From assembly GCA_018401705.1 (NCBI GenBank), contig JAGYKL010000001.1, positions 148,473 to 212,472 on the forward strand: DNA of 64,000 nucleotides, read 5' to 3'. Position 1 is the stretch's first letter. Every line of letters starts with the position of its first letter. Both the position numbers and the translations under genes were made by a program. Below, piece by piece: positions 10,671-19,660 of this stretch. The stretch is from Bacteroidia bacterium (GTDB taxonomy: Bacteria; Bacteroidota; Bacteroidia; M30B66). The notes under the pieces were generated by a model. The model was not told the origin of the DNA, did no database searches, and saw only the letters and a program-made list of their open reading frames with translations.

Positions 10671-12134
10671 ATGTTACGACTTGCTTTGTCTATTCTGCTT
10701 ATTTCGCCCTTATTAGGGCGGATAGAAGCTCAATCGCAAACGATGAGTAGCGATACGCTTGAAAAATATATTTCGAAGCTTGTTAAGTTTATAGGAAATG
10801 AGCAGTTAAATAAAACGATTGATGGCTTTGAATACAAAGGAGAATGGCCTGCAAATATTAGAATGCGAACAGGTTTTCTATTGCTAAACAATCCTAAGTA
10901 CGATGTTTATGATTCAAACTGTTTTGCATTAGCAGGAATTCATAATTCATTAGCCAGCACCTTTTTAAAAAGACCTGATTTAATAGAGATCTATCCTATG
11001 CTGGAGAAAGCTCTACCACGTTTACTTTCTTATTATTCGAATGGAGGCTTCAATTTCTGGCCCCAACTTCCGCCCGGAGGGCGATTATACATGTTTCATA
11101 AAAACAAAAAAGAAGGTCTTGTAAGACGGCCTGTTCAGTATAAATTGTACTCACCGTATATCCGAAAAGCTGCTAATGTTGTAAATGATAATGACGATAC
11201 ATCTCAAGGATTACTAGCTCTAATATTACATTCTAAGGTTCAAAAAAAAGCTGGAATAGATAATGATTTCCAGATTCAGTTATCTCCTTTACTAAGTTTT
11301 TGGAGAGACACTGCAAGAGCATCTCAGCATTGGTATAACATTATTCACTTTGATAAACGAGAGTCGGGTGCCTTTTTAACCTGGAGAGCATTAGAAGCTC
11401 CATTCCCATCTTGGAATATTCCGAGACTATTAGTGAATAACGCGACTTTTCTATTGCCCTATAGCACCCTTTATCCTAGAGCATTTACTCCCTATATTCC
11501 ATATGGCTGCAATGATGTTGATGCAGTAGTAAATGCCAATGTTATGACTGCTCTAGCTATTAATGGAGAGTCTTCATCAATAGGTGTGGAAGACGCAGTA
11601 AAGTTCATAGAATCTAAGATTAAGAGAAAAAAATGGAGCCGGGCAGGTATTTATTATCCCAACCGATACAATTTGCATTATTCGACTCTTAAAGCCTATA
11701 GCAGTGGTATTGATCAACTTAAACCAGCAAGTGAGAAGCTGGTTGATCACATAAAAAAAACTATTCGAAAAGATGGTTCATTCAAATCCCGAAGAATCGT
11801 TAATAAAGGCGATGTAGAGCAATCTAGCATCTATGCATTGCATGCTATGCTTCAATTAGGAAATCCATTTGAAAATGGGAATAAAACTTTCGTAGAGAAG
11901 ACCTTAAAGTTCTTGCTGACCAAAGTAAGAAATCATGAAGATGGAATTTGTATCGATGGTGGCATATTTTTTTCAGGGGGAACGGTTATAAGAAACACGA
12001 TGTTTTGGAAATCTGATGTTTATTCTACAGCATTATTTTTAGAATGCCTGGTTATGTATCAGGAATATTTAAAGAATGAGGAAACTTTTAGAAAAGGCTT
12101 AGGTAAAAGTCCTGTGAATCGTGCTTTTGATTAG
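10671..12134 (+). CDS. Secreted hypothetical protein
   Basis: 487 aa. Cleavable signal peptide (MLRLALSILLISPLLGRIEAQSQ). Starts 25 bp after the rodA stop on the same strand. I recognise no catalytic motif with confidence. Confidence 0.6.
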   Translation: MLRLALSILLISPLLGRIEAQSQTMSSDTLEKYISKLVKFIGNEQLNKTIDGFEYKGEWPANIRMRTGFLLLNNPKYDVYDSNCFALAGIHNSLASTFLKRPDLIEIYPMLEKALPRLLSYYSNGGFNFWPQLPPGGRLYMFHKNKKEGLVRRPVQYKLYSPYIRKAANVVNDNDDTSQGLLALILHSKVQKKAGIDNDFQIQLSPLLSFWRDTARASQHWYNIIHFDKRESGAFLTWRALEAPFPSWNIPRLLVNNATFLLPYSTLYPRAFTPYIPYGCNDVDAVVNANVMTALAINGESSSIGVEDAVKFIESKIKRKKWSRAGIYYPNRYNLHYSTLKAYSSGIDQLKPASEKLVDHIKKTIRKDGSFKSRRIVNKGDVEQSSIYALHAMLQLGNPFENGNKTFVEKTLKFLLTKVRNHEDGICIDGGIFFSGGTVIRNTMFWKSDVYSTALFLECLVMYQEYLKNEETFRKGLGKSPVNRAFD

Positions 12135-12148
12135 TTTTACGCGCCGAG

Positions 12149-13144
12149 ATGTATACCAACCGTTTACTTTTACTATTTGTTCTAGCTTTTTTCTCCGAGA
12201 ACAGTGCGTTTGCGCAAGTTCTGGAAGGAGTTTATGAAGGTTTGGATAACGACAGTAGTTACTACGACATTTATCAATTATCTGAAAATGATACCTGGAT
12301 TGGTGGTGAGTACGGTGTTTTAAAGCGTATGCATTCGGATGGAAGTATAGTAAACATAGACATTCCAAATACTGGTTCAAACATTCTTAAGTTCCTTCAT
12401 CTTGATCATTACATGTATATTTCTGCAGACCACGGCATTATATATAAATATGATTTAGAAACTGGCAATTGCACGGTAACGCAATTTAAAGGATTTAAGC
12501 ATCGTTGTTTTTATGATTTAGCTTACGATGGCAATGGGAATTTAATTGTAAGTGGTGGGAGTTCTGGAATAGGGCGTGGAAAAAAAAGAATTCCAAATGG
12601 CTTTATCGCAACTATCGACACTTCATTAAAACAGCAACCAGAAATTGTTTGGAAAAACACTTTCAAATTTGTTTGGGCATTGGCCCAACATCCACAAAGC
12701 GGAATTTCAGCCGCTGTTTTCAATGGTGTTTCTTCTCGCATTTATCATTCTGAATTTGACAACATAAACAGTTGGGCTCGCGGAGAGAAAGTAAAAGGTC
12801 TGATACACGCTCTGCAGCCAATTGATGGTCGGCTGGCATACAGCGGATGCAGATCAATTAGATATCATAAAACGGGAATCTGGGGCTTCGAGAATAATAA
12901 CAGCACCTATCGTCAGGTTGAAGATGCTGGAATAATTTGCAATCTGCTTCAAATAAAAGGGAAGATTTACGGCTTTAGTTCTCAAGGTAATTTTTATCGT
13001 CTCAGCGAAGATGGTAATCAAGAAGCCCCTCTTTATCAAACGCATGATGGTTTTGCTTTATACGAAGCTATTATGAAGAATGACGATACTGTGATTGTAG
13101 TTGGTCATGGTAAATCAGCTTTTATTCTAAAAATAACAGAATAA
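12149..13144 (+). CDS. Secreted hypothetical protein, beta-propeller-like
   Basis: 331 aa. Signal peptide (…AFFSENSAFAQV). Repeated beta-strand/Gly-rich blades (…DGSIVNIDIP…, …DGNGNLIVSGGSSG…, …GKIYGFSSQGNFYRLSEDG…). Starts 14 bp after the preceding gene. Confidence 0.6.
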   Translation: MYTNRLLLLFVLAFFSENSAFAQVLEGVYEGLDNDSSYYDIYQLSENDTWIGGEYGVLKRMHSDGSIVNIDIPNTGSNILKFLHLDHYMYISADHGIIYKYDLETGNCTVTQFKGFKHRCFYDLAYDGNGNLIVSGGSSGIGRGKKRIPNGFIATIDTSLKQQPEIVWKNTFKFVWALAQHPQSGISAAVFNGVSSRIYHSEFDNINSWARGEKVKGLIHALQPIDGRLAYSGCRSIRYHKTGIWGFENNNSTYRQVEDAGIICNLLQIKGKIYGFSSQGNFYRLSEDGNQEAPLYQTHDGFALYEAIMKNDDTVIVVGHGKSAFILKITE

Positions 13145-13518
13145 GAACCTTTGTATAGTTTGGCCAATTATGCCAGCATTGCTCATCTCAACTTGCTTGT
13201 GTTTAATTTAGTAAATACACACAAATAACTGCAGGTATACTTAAAAATGCAGGGAATTGCCTAGCTCTCAATTAAGAATAGCATATGCCCGTAAGCGAGG
13301 TTAGCTAAACTATGCTTTCAATAACAACTGGCTGTTTTAAGTTTAATAGTACTTTTGATTTGGTAGTTAATTGATGAATTGTTAAGCATAGTTCAACTAA
13401 TTAAAGAGCTGCAATCGAAAGTTATGTTCTTGAATTAATTTAAAGTATCACAGAGCTTTATGCTGAAATGTTGCAAGCTTGCTTAATGCAAATTGTTTTC
13501 CATAAGAATAGATAAAGC

Positions 13519-13566
13519 AAAAAAAAGCCGGACACATGTGTTATCCGGCTCACTATTTATTTTTGA
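13519..13566. terminator. Bidirectional intrinsic terminator
   Basis: aaaaaaaa-GCCGGAcacatgtgttaTCCGGC-tcactatttattttt. The hairpin is flanked by an A-run and a T-run, between a convergent gene pair. Confidence 0.75.
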
Positions 13567-13572
13567 AGCTTC

Positions 13573-15702
13573 TTAGAAGAACTTGTATCGTTTGTCTTCA
13601 ACATTAGCAATTTTTCTAAGGGCTGTATTTACAGTTGATTCAACACGACCTGAAATTGATGAACTTAAAGTTTTCTTCTGTTCAGCCAAATCCTCAGGAA
13701 CTTCAACTTTTTGCAAGTCGCTAACAACAATAAGGTATGCACCAGCTCTTCCCTGAATTGGTTCAGAAATTTTCTGTGTTGGAATTGCGAATGCTTTTCC
13801 AATAAGCCCTGGTTCAACACCTGCGCTTGGAACAGAATATGAACCAAACGTGAAAGAAGATGTGTTTACAGGTAATCCAATTTCGGCAGCAACAGCATTT
13901 AAATCAGACTTTCCACTGCTAGCTTTTACAAATTCTGCTGCAAATGATTCAGCTTTTTTATCTCTAATTACCAAAGGTGTTAAATCAGCCTTAAGCTGTT
14001 CGTAAGGAGGAAATCCTTTTTCTTTAATTCCAACCAAAGCAGCAACAACATATTTACCATCGAAATCAAAAACCTTAGAAACATCATTTACTTCGCGCTC
14101 AGGGTTAAATGCCCACTGAACAAGTTCTCTTGAGTTTCCTAAATCATTTATGCTTCTATCTTCAGCTCTAAGGTTATCATAATTTACGATAAAGATGTTT
14201 CTTTCCTTAGCTTCTTTTTGAAAAGCTTCATAGTTCTGAGCGTTTACAGCGAAATCATTTGCTTTGGCATAAAACTCATCAATGGTTTTGCTACTTGGCT
14301 CAATTTCACGAGATAGAATCAAAACATTCGCTTTAGCGATTGGACTTGTTTTCTCTTGAATATTAATCAAATGGGCACCAAACTGAGTAGTTACAGTTAC
14401 CAAGTCGCCTACCTTGCCATTAAAGCAAGCATCATTAAATTCAGGAACCATTTGACCTTCTGTAAACCAACCTAAATCGCCTCCCTGAGCTCCTGAACCT
14501 GGATCTTCAGAGAAAGTACGAGCTAATTCAGCAAAATCGGCACCCTTGCTAACTGCATTCTTTAATGAATCAGCTTTTGCAAGAGCTGTAACTGGATCAA
14601 CATTCTGAGTTGATATAAGTATGTGTCTTGCTTTAACAGAATCTGAAGATGTTGTGTAACCTCTTAGCTTGATTAACTTGATTCCGTCGGCTTCTTTGAA
14701 AGGGCCGTAAACCATTCCAATAATTGCTTCAGGACCAAATACTGCATCATTCATTTGCGGGCTCAATTTACCCGGCTTAAATGTTTGAACTTGAAAGCCT
14801 TTCTCATTATTTAAGTTCAAAAAGCTAGTATCATTTGGAGTACTTTGAAATTCTTCTTTCAAAGCAACAACATCTTCAACAACATTCTGTCTGTCCTCGT
14901 CTGAAGGATTTACTTGAAAAACAACATAATCAACTTTACGAGTTTCAAGCTCTTGCTCGAATTCATACTTATGATTATTGTAATATGTTTTTAATTCTTC
15001 ATCAGTAACTGATATTGTTGAATCAGCAACAGAATCATATCTTTTGGTAATAAAATTAATGTTTGCAGTTTGATTCTTGTTGACATAATCTCTCTTAGCC
15101 TGAGCGTTTGTTATGTAAACAGCCTTCTTGATTAGATTGTTATACTTAGCTTTTCTTCTCATAAGCATTAGAGACTCTTCAAAATCAGCCCAAGAATCAC
15201 GGTAAATACCATCAGGGTCGTTCTCCTCTGACAACTGAGTCTTGATGAATTTCAGTACGAGATTACGATCAAACTCTTTCGTGGCCGAATCCTGAAATGC
15301 AGGAATTTGTTTAACTTGAGGATCAACATCCTCTCCTTGAATCATATCAAATAATTCGTCGGCAGAAACTTGAACACCGGCAGCATCCATTTCTTCATTA
15401 AAAAGATACTCATCAAGATACTCGTTCCATACTTGATTAATTAATTGCTGACGTGTATTATCGTCGATACCACTAAGTCCTTGGTTTCTTTTTAAATTTT
15501 CTTCAGCAGTGGTTAACCTGCGTTGAAATTCCTCTCCATCAACGGTTTTACCGTTAATTTCGCCAATTGCAGTTGCGTTTCCTTTGAAAATCGAATTTCC
15601 AGAGGAAAACATATCCTGCATAACAAAAGAGAAAAGAGCAAGACCGATTACGATTAGAACTATCGTTCCCGCTTTTGAGCGAATGCTTTCTAGAACAGCC
15701 AT
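13573..15702 (-). CDS. Periplasmic chaperone, peptidyl-prolyl cis-trans isomerase (PpiD/SurA-like)
   Basis: 709 aa. N-terminal signal-anchor helix (…TIVLIVIGLALFSFVM…). Parvulin-type PPIase core (…VKARHILI…GGDLGWF…MVPEFNDA…). Confidence 0.85.
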   Translation of the reverse strand: MAVLESIRSKAGTIVLIVIGLALFSFVMQDMFSSGNSIFKGNATAIGEINGKTVDGEEFQRRLTTAEENLKRNQGLSGIDDNTRQQLINQVWNEYLDEYLFNEEMDAAGVQVSADELFDMIQGEDVDPQVKQIPAFQDSATKEFDRNLVLKFIKTQLSEENDPDGIYRDSWADFEESLMLMRRKAKYNNLIKKAVYITNAQAKRDYVNKNQTANINFITKRYDSVADSTISVTDEELKTYYNNHKYEFEQELETRKVDYVVFQVNPSDEDRQNVVEDVVALKEEFQSTPNDTSFLNLNNEKGFQVQTFKPGKLSPQMNDAVFGPEAIIGMVYGPFKEADGIKLIKLRGYTTSSDSVKARHILISTQNVDPVTALAKADSLKNAVSKGADFAELARTFSEDPGSGAQGGDLGWFTEGQMVPEFNDACFNGKVGDLVTVTTQFGAHLINIQEKTSPIAKANVLILSREIEPSSKTIDEFYAKANDFAVNAQNYEAFQKEAKERNIFIVNYDNLRAEDRSINDLGNSRELVQWAFNPEREVNDVSKVFDFDGKYVVAALVGIKEKGFPPYEQLKADLTPLVIRDKKAESFAAEFVKASSGKSDLNAVAAEIGLPVNTSSFTFGSYSVPSAGVEPGLIGKAFAIPTQKISEPIQGRAGAYLIVVSDLQKVEVPEDLAEQKKTLSSSISGRVESTVNTALRKIANVEDKRYKFF

Positions 15703-15814
15703 TTGTAGATATAAATCAAGGTTTTTTCAGGGCTGCGAATATACGACTAAATCGAAATATTCCTAATGCCCTATTTTTTATCGTTTGGGTTAATTTTCAG
15801 GGAGCCAATAAGCC

Positions 15815-16030
15815 TTATTGATCATTGTCATTTTTTGATGCTTTTTCGATTCTTCTTCGTTGATACCTTCTTAAACCGAATAATATTCCACCGCAAAATG
15901 CGGTGAATAAAGGAAATTTACCCTGATCCCAATTTCCTTTGGAAATAAACCAGGTGGCAAACAACAATGAAAATATGGCGAAAACCAGCCAAAATCTTTC
16001 CATGAACTTAAACATCTTATGTTGATCCAT
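15815..16030 (-). CDS. Small membrane protein, function unknown
   Basis: 71 aa with two hydrophobic helices. Lies between lptC and the PPIase gene on the same strand. Confidence 0.4.
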   Translation of the reverse strand: MDQHKMFKFMERFWLVFAIFSLLFATWFISKGNWDQGKFPLFTAFCGGILFGLRRYQRRRIEKASKNDNDQ

Positions 16031-16045
16031 ACTGTAAAATTTTTC

Positions 16046-16588
16046 TTATTCTTTCAAATCTATAACGCCTCTAACTTTGAGAATTCTGTAACGTGAGAAA
16101 TCCTGATTCGATTCAAAACCGTCACCAAAAATAACCCTGTCGGGCGATGTAATTTTAGTAAACACTTCAGAATGAATCCTATCTTCTTTTTGTTCCCAGA
16201 TAAGATGCTCCGTTTCAAGTTTGTCGCCTGACGTGTTTTCGACAACTACATTGTTTCTAGCTTCCAGCCTGTCTTCTTTTGTGTAAGAAACAGCATAATT
16301 TGCTTTCATCTTTGATTCAAGTTTGCCAGTAGCATCAAAAAACTCGATGTTAATCCCTTTATCGAAAACAACTTCTGATTTTTCACCCATGTAAGTTTCG
16401 CGAAGAGGAGCCTTGATCTTTGCCCGCAAACGGGCAGAATCAGAATAAGTCATTTCCACATTTTTTGTTGAGGAAACTGGCAATACAACTTCTTCTGTGA
16501 GTCTTTTTACTTCACCCAAATCATTCGTGCAGGAATAAGTCACTAAAAGTGTGAATAAGCTAACTATAAAAAATACTATTCTAATCAT
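16046..16588 (-). CDS. lptC: LptC-like periplasmic LPS-export protein
   Basis: Start placed at MIRIVFFIVSLFTLLV…, which gives an 8-nt overlap with the upstream gene. Single N-terminal anchor then a beta-jellyroll-like domain. The coaX/OMP/lptC/PPIase neighbourhood matches what I recall for Bacteroidetes. Confidence 0.6.
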   Translation of the reverse strand: MIRIVFFIVSLFTLLVTYSCTNDLGEVKRLTEEVVLPVSSTKNVEMTYSDSARLRAKIKAPLRETYMGEKSEVVFDKGINIEFFDATGKLESKMKANYAVSYTKEDRLEARNNVVVENTSGDKLETEHLIWEQKEDRIHSEVFTKITSPDRVIFGDGFESNQDFSRYRILKVRGVIDLKE

Positions 16589-17966
16589 ACTGAAGCTTCC
16601 TAAACCATCTATCATTCAGAGAGAATGAAAGTGAAACTCTAAGGTAGTCTTCAACGAGTGGGTTAGTTCCTTTAAGCCCTCTTCTACCAACTCCAATTGC
16701 AAGATTAAGCACGCTAGTTGCAGATCTAGTGTTGTAAGTTCTTAACGTTACCGGCAAGCCGAATCCAATTGAAAACCCATATTCAGGCACTGCAGCTCCA
16801 TTAATTGATAGCATACCATCAGAATAACTTGCTCCAAATCTGTATCTAATTCTTTTGAAGTAGCTTGACTTGCTTCCATTATTTGTCGGCAATGGATTAA
16901 TTTGGAATCCGAGCGCAGCTCGATAACTTGAACGCACAGAATCTCTCAAGTTAAATAACTTAAAGTTATCCCAGTCGGTATATACCATTTCAGCAGTTAA
17001 AAGCCACTTATTAGCACTGTTACTAAGTGTGATACCAGCACCATACTGCATTGGAAAATTAACAACACCCTTAGTTTTATCGTTAAGAGCTATGGTATCG
17101 TTAAACGCTCCACTAACAGAAGGAGAATTGCCAAAGAAAGACTCTGCCAGATAAGAATAGCTGCCATTTACTCCAATTAAAGGCTTAAATGTTCCACCAA
17201 AGGTGAGATGCAAAGAATCTGACTTCACTTTATTTTTTTCTCCATCTACATTTACAGTAGTCTTGTGTTTTCTGAAGTACTTTCTATACATCAGCCCTCC
17301 TTGGAAGTCAAAACCACCCAAGCGGTTACTTCTGGTTATTAATGAATTTTTATCACCATTGCCAATGCCCTCTGAAAACAATACTCTTGAACTGTAGTCA
17401 ACTCTTCCGAAAAGATACCTACCTGTTAGACCAAGGCTAAAATTCTTGCCTATTTTAAAGCCATTTGTCCATGAAAAGCTTGAGTATCCTCCTGTTCCCG
17501 CGTAGCTTAAGTAAATATCACCGCTTTGATCATCAGGAATTGTATCTCTTAAAATATATCCAACATTTGAGAGAGGATTCAAAGCAAAAGCCATGTTCCA
17601 CTTACTTTTTACTATGGGAAAAGCCAGTCCAAAATATCCAAACCCAGCAGTTCTGCCCGAAGTAACATTATTTGAGAAGGTATACTGAGTTGCTGTTCCG
17701 TTTAAGCCGGCTTCGAAAATAGTAACGCCACTTTCTAGTGAAGCGAGGGCAGCCGGTTGATTCAAGTTAAGAATATTTGAATCGGCAATTGCTTGTGAGG
17801 CGCCTCCAAGAGCTTGAAGATATGGTGAAGCTGTATGCTGTTGGTCACCTAAGCCAAAACGCCCGTATGGAGATTGACTTAGGGTTTGAGCTTGAAGCAG
17901 GTTAAAGGTTGCAAATAAGAGAGTGATGAATAGCAGCCTAAGATGCCTGATATAATAAAATTTCAT
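16581..17966 (-). CDS. Outer-membrane beta-barrel protein (putative porin family)
   Basis: 461 aa. Signal peptide (…TLLFATFNLLQAQT). Alternating aromatic/Gly-rich beta-strand pattern, ending with an aromatic-rich segment. Confidence 0.55.
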   Translation of the reverse strand: MKFYYIRHLRLLFITLLFATFNLLQAQTLSQSPYGRFGLGDQQHTASPYLQALGGASQAIADSNILNLNQPAALASLESGVTIFEAGLNGTATQYTFSNNVTSGRTAGFGYFGLAFPIVKSKWNMAFALNPLSNVGYILRDTIPDDQSGDIYLSYAGTGGYSSFSWTNGFKIGKNFSLGLTGRYLFGRVDYSSRVLFSEGIGNGDKNSLITRSNRLGGFDFQGGLMYRKYFRKHKTTVNVDGEKNKVKSDSLHLTFGGTFKPLIGVNGSYSYLAESFFGNSPSVSGAFNDTIALNDKTKGVVNFPMQYGAGITLSNSANKWLLTAEMVYTDWDNFKLFNLRDSVRSSYRAALGFQINPLPTNNGSKSSYFKRIRYRFGASYSDGMLSINGAAVPEYGFSIGFGLPVTLRTYNTRSATSVLNLAIGVGRRGLKGTNPLVEDYLRVSLSFSLNDRWFRKLQYD

Positions 17967-18675
17967 TTAGTCCTTTTAATGTGAGCCAAGGTTCGGGTAT
18001 AACGCTGGTTTTTAAAGTTCGTTGTAAGAGAGGGTAATCTCCGCCGGTAACGATAACTACAAGGTCTTTGTGAGTCATCTGATATTGTTCAAGAATTCCT
18101 TTTACTTCAGCCAACGCTCCGTTGATAACGCCTGAGTGAATTGATTCTTGTGTATTTTTTCCAACAAGGTAAACAGTTTCTGTTCTTTCGAGGAGTGGTA
18201 ATCTGGCAGTGAATTCGTGTAAGGCACGGAAACGCATATCAATTCCTGGAGAAATTGAACCTCCGAAATATTCGTTGTTTTTGGTTATAAAATCAAATTT
18301 GATGCAGGTTCCTGCATCGATAACCACAATTGGCTTGGAAGGAAATGCTGCTGCCGCTGCGATAGCATTCGCTAATCTATCTTTACCAAGGGTTTCAGGA
18401 GTTTCGTATTTGTTAATAATTGGAATTCCCGATGATGGTTCAAAATAAACAGCCTTAAGCTTAGCGATCTTTAAAAAATTATTTATCTGCTTATTTTGAC
18501 CACTTACTGAGCTTATGAGAGTTTGCTTAGGATCGGATGCCATGAGCCTGAGCAAGGCTTCTTCAACCGCCTCTGGATCTGTCCAAGATGCTCTTACTGA
18601 GCGGATAAGGGTCTTCCCTTGAAAGCAGGCAGCTTTCATTGCGGTATTTCCAATATCGATAACCAGGTTCACCAT
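17938..18675 (-). CDS. coaX: Type III pantothenate kinase
   Basis: MVNLVIDIGNTAMKAA… matches the CoaX N-terminus (DxGNT). Length is 245 aa. A second ASKHA phosphate motif (…VIDAGTC…) is present. Confidence 0.9.
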   Translation of the reverse strand: MVNLVIDIGNTAMKAACFQGKTLIRSVRASWTDPEAVEEALLRLMASDPKQTLISSVSGQNKQINNFLKIAKLKAVYFEPSSGIPIINKYETPETLGKDRLANAIAAAAAFPSKPIVVIDAGTCIKFDFITKNNEYFGGSISPGIDMRFRALHEFTARLPLLERTETVYLVGKNTQESIHSGVINGALAEVKGILEQYQMTHKDLVVIVTGGDYPLLQRTLKTSVIPEPWLTLKGLNEILLYQAS

Positions 18676-18732
18676 TTTTTATTTTAACAGGGCAAAGATA
18701 GAATTAGAAAAATGCTAACCGATGATTTTTTT

Positions 18733-18762
18733 TTTGGTGGAATGCTAAAAAAACTATTTTTG
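18733..18762 (+). promoter_or_regulatory. Bacteroidetes sigma-A-type promoter for tRNA-Phe
   Basis: TTTG (18733-18736), an 18-nt spacer, then TATTTTTG (18755-18762), which fits the -7 consensus TAnnTTTG. It ends 28 nt upstream of the mature tRNA 5' end. Confidence 0.55.
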
Positions 18763-18789
18763 CACCCGCTTCGATTGAAAGCAAAGGTT

Positions 18790-18862
<73 letters not shown>

Positions 18863-18865
18863 CTT

Positions 18866-18907
18866 AAAACGGAAACGCTAGAGAAATCTAGGTTTCCGTT
18901 TTTTTTA
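18866..18907 (+). terminator. Intrinsic terminator after tRNA-Phe
   Basis: AAACGGAAAC-gctagagaaatctag-GTTTCCGTTT followed by a T-run. Confidence 0.8.
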
Positions 18908-18957
18908 TGATTAAATTAACGGTTGAATTTTCCTTCCGCCGACAGGCGAAAAACACC

Positions 18958-19611
18958 TTAAAGCCACTCAATTGAGTTACGGCCGGTTTTAACTAAACCT
19001 CGATTTTCCATCTTTTTTACAAGCCGAGAAATGACTTCTCGGGAAGAATTTAGGTCATTTGCTATTTCCTGATGAGTAATTGCAAGCACATTATGACCCA
19101 ATTTTTTAACCTTATTTTTCAAATAGAACTCCAATCTCTCGTCCATACTTCTAAAAATCACCTGATCTACCACCTCTAATAAATCTTCTAAGCGACTTCT
19201 ATAAGTTTCAAGAACAAAATAGTACCAGCTTTTATAATGTTGCATCCAGGAATCCATATCGTCGAGAGGTATAGCAATTACAGTGGTATTCTCAACCGCT
19301 CTTGCTCGCAACTCGCTCTGTTCATGCTTTAAAGCACAAATCATAGAAAGTGCGCAGGCTTCACCAGGAGTTATCATATAAACAAGGAACTCGTTACCGT
19401 CATCGTCTTCACGATACATCTGAACGGCTCCTTCAACTACCAAATAAGTTGAACGGAAATATTGTCCCTTTTCGAGAAGTAGATCGCCTTGCTCAAACGT
19501 TTTTAGCTGAGCCTTCTCAGCCATTTTTTGTCTCAACTCAGGTTCAAGGGTTAAAAAGAAGGTGTTCAGATATTCATCAACTGATTTTAGCTCTCGGGTT
19601 TCTGCTTGCAT
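18958..19611 (-). CDS. Crp/Fnr-family transcriptional regulator
   Basis: 217 aa. N-terminal cNMP-binding beta-roll (…GDLLLEKGQYFRSTYLVVEGAVQMY…). C-terminal HTH (…ITHQEIANDLNSSREVISRLVKKMENRGLV…). Confidence 0.85.
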   Translation of the reverse strand: MQAETRELKSVDEYLNTFFLTLEPELRQKMAEKAQLKTFEQGDLLLEKGQYFRSTYLVVEGAVQMYREDDDGNEFLVYMITPGEACALSMICALKHEQSELRARAVENTTVIAIPLDDMDSWMQHYKSWYYFVLETYRSRLEDLLEVVDQVIFRSMDERLEFYLKNKVKKLGHNVLAITHQEIANDLNSSREVISRLVKKMENRGLVKTGRNSIEWL

Positions 19612-19660
19612 GACTTTGCTTAAATGTTATGTAACACAACAAAAGTAAGCTAAGTTTATT

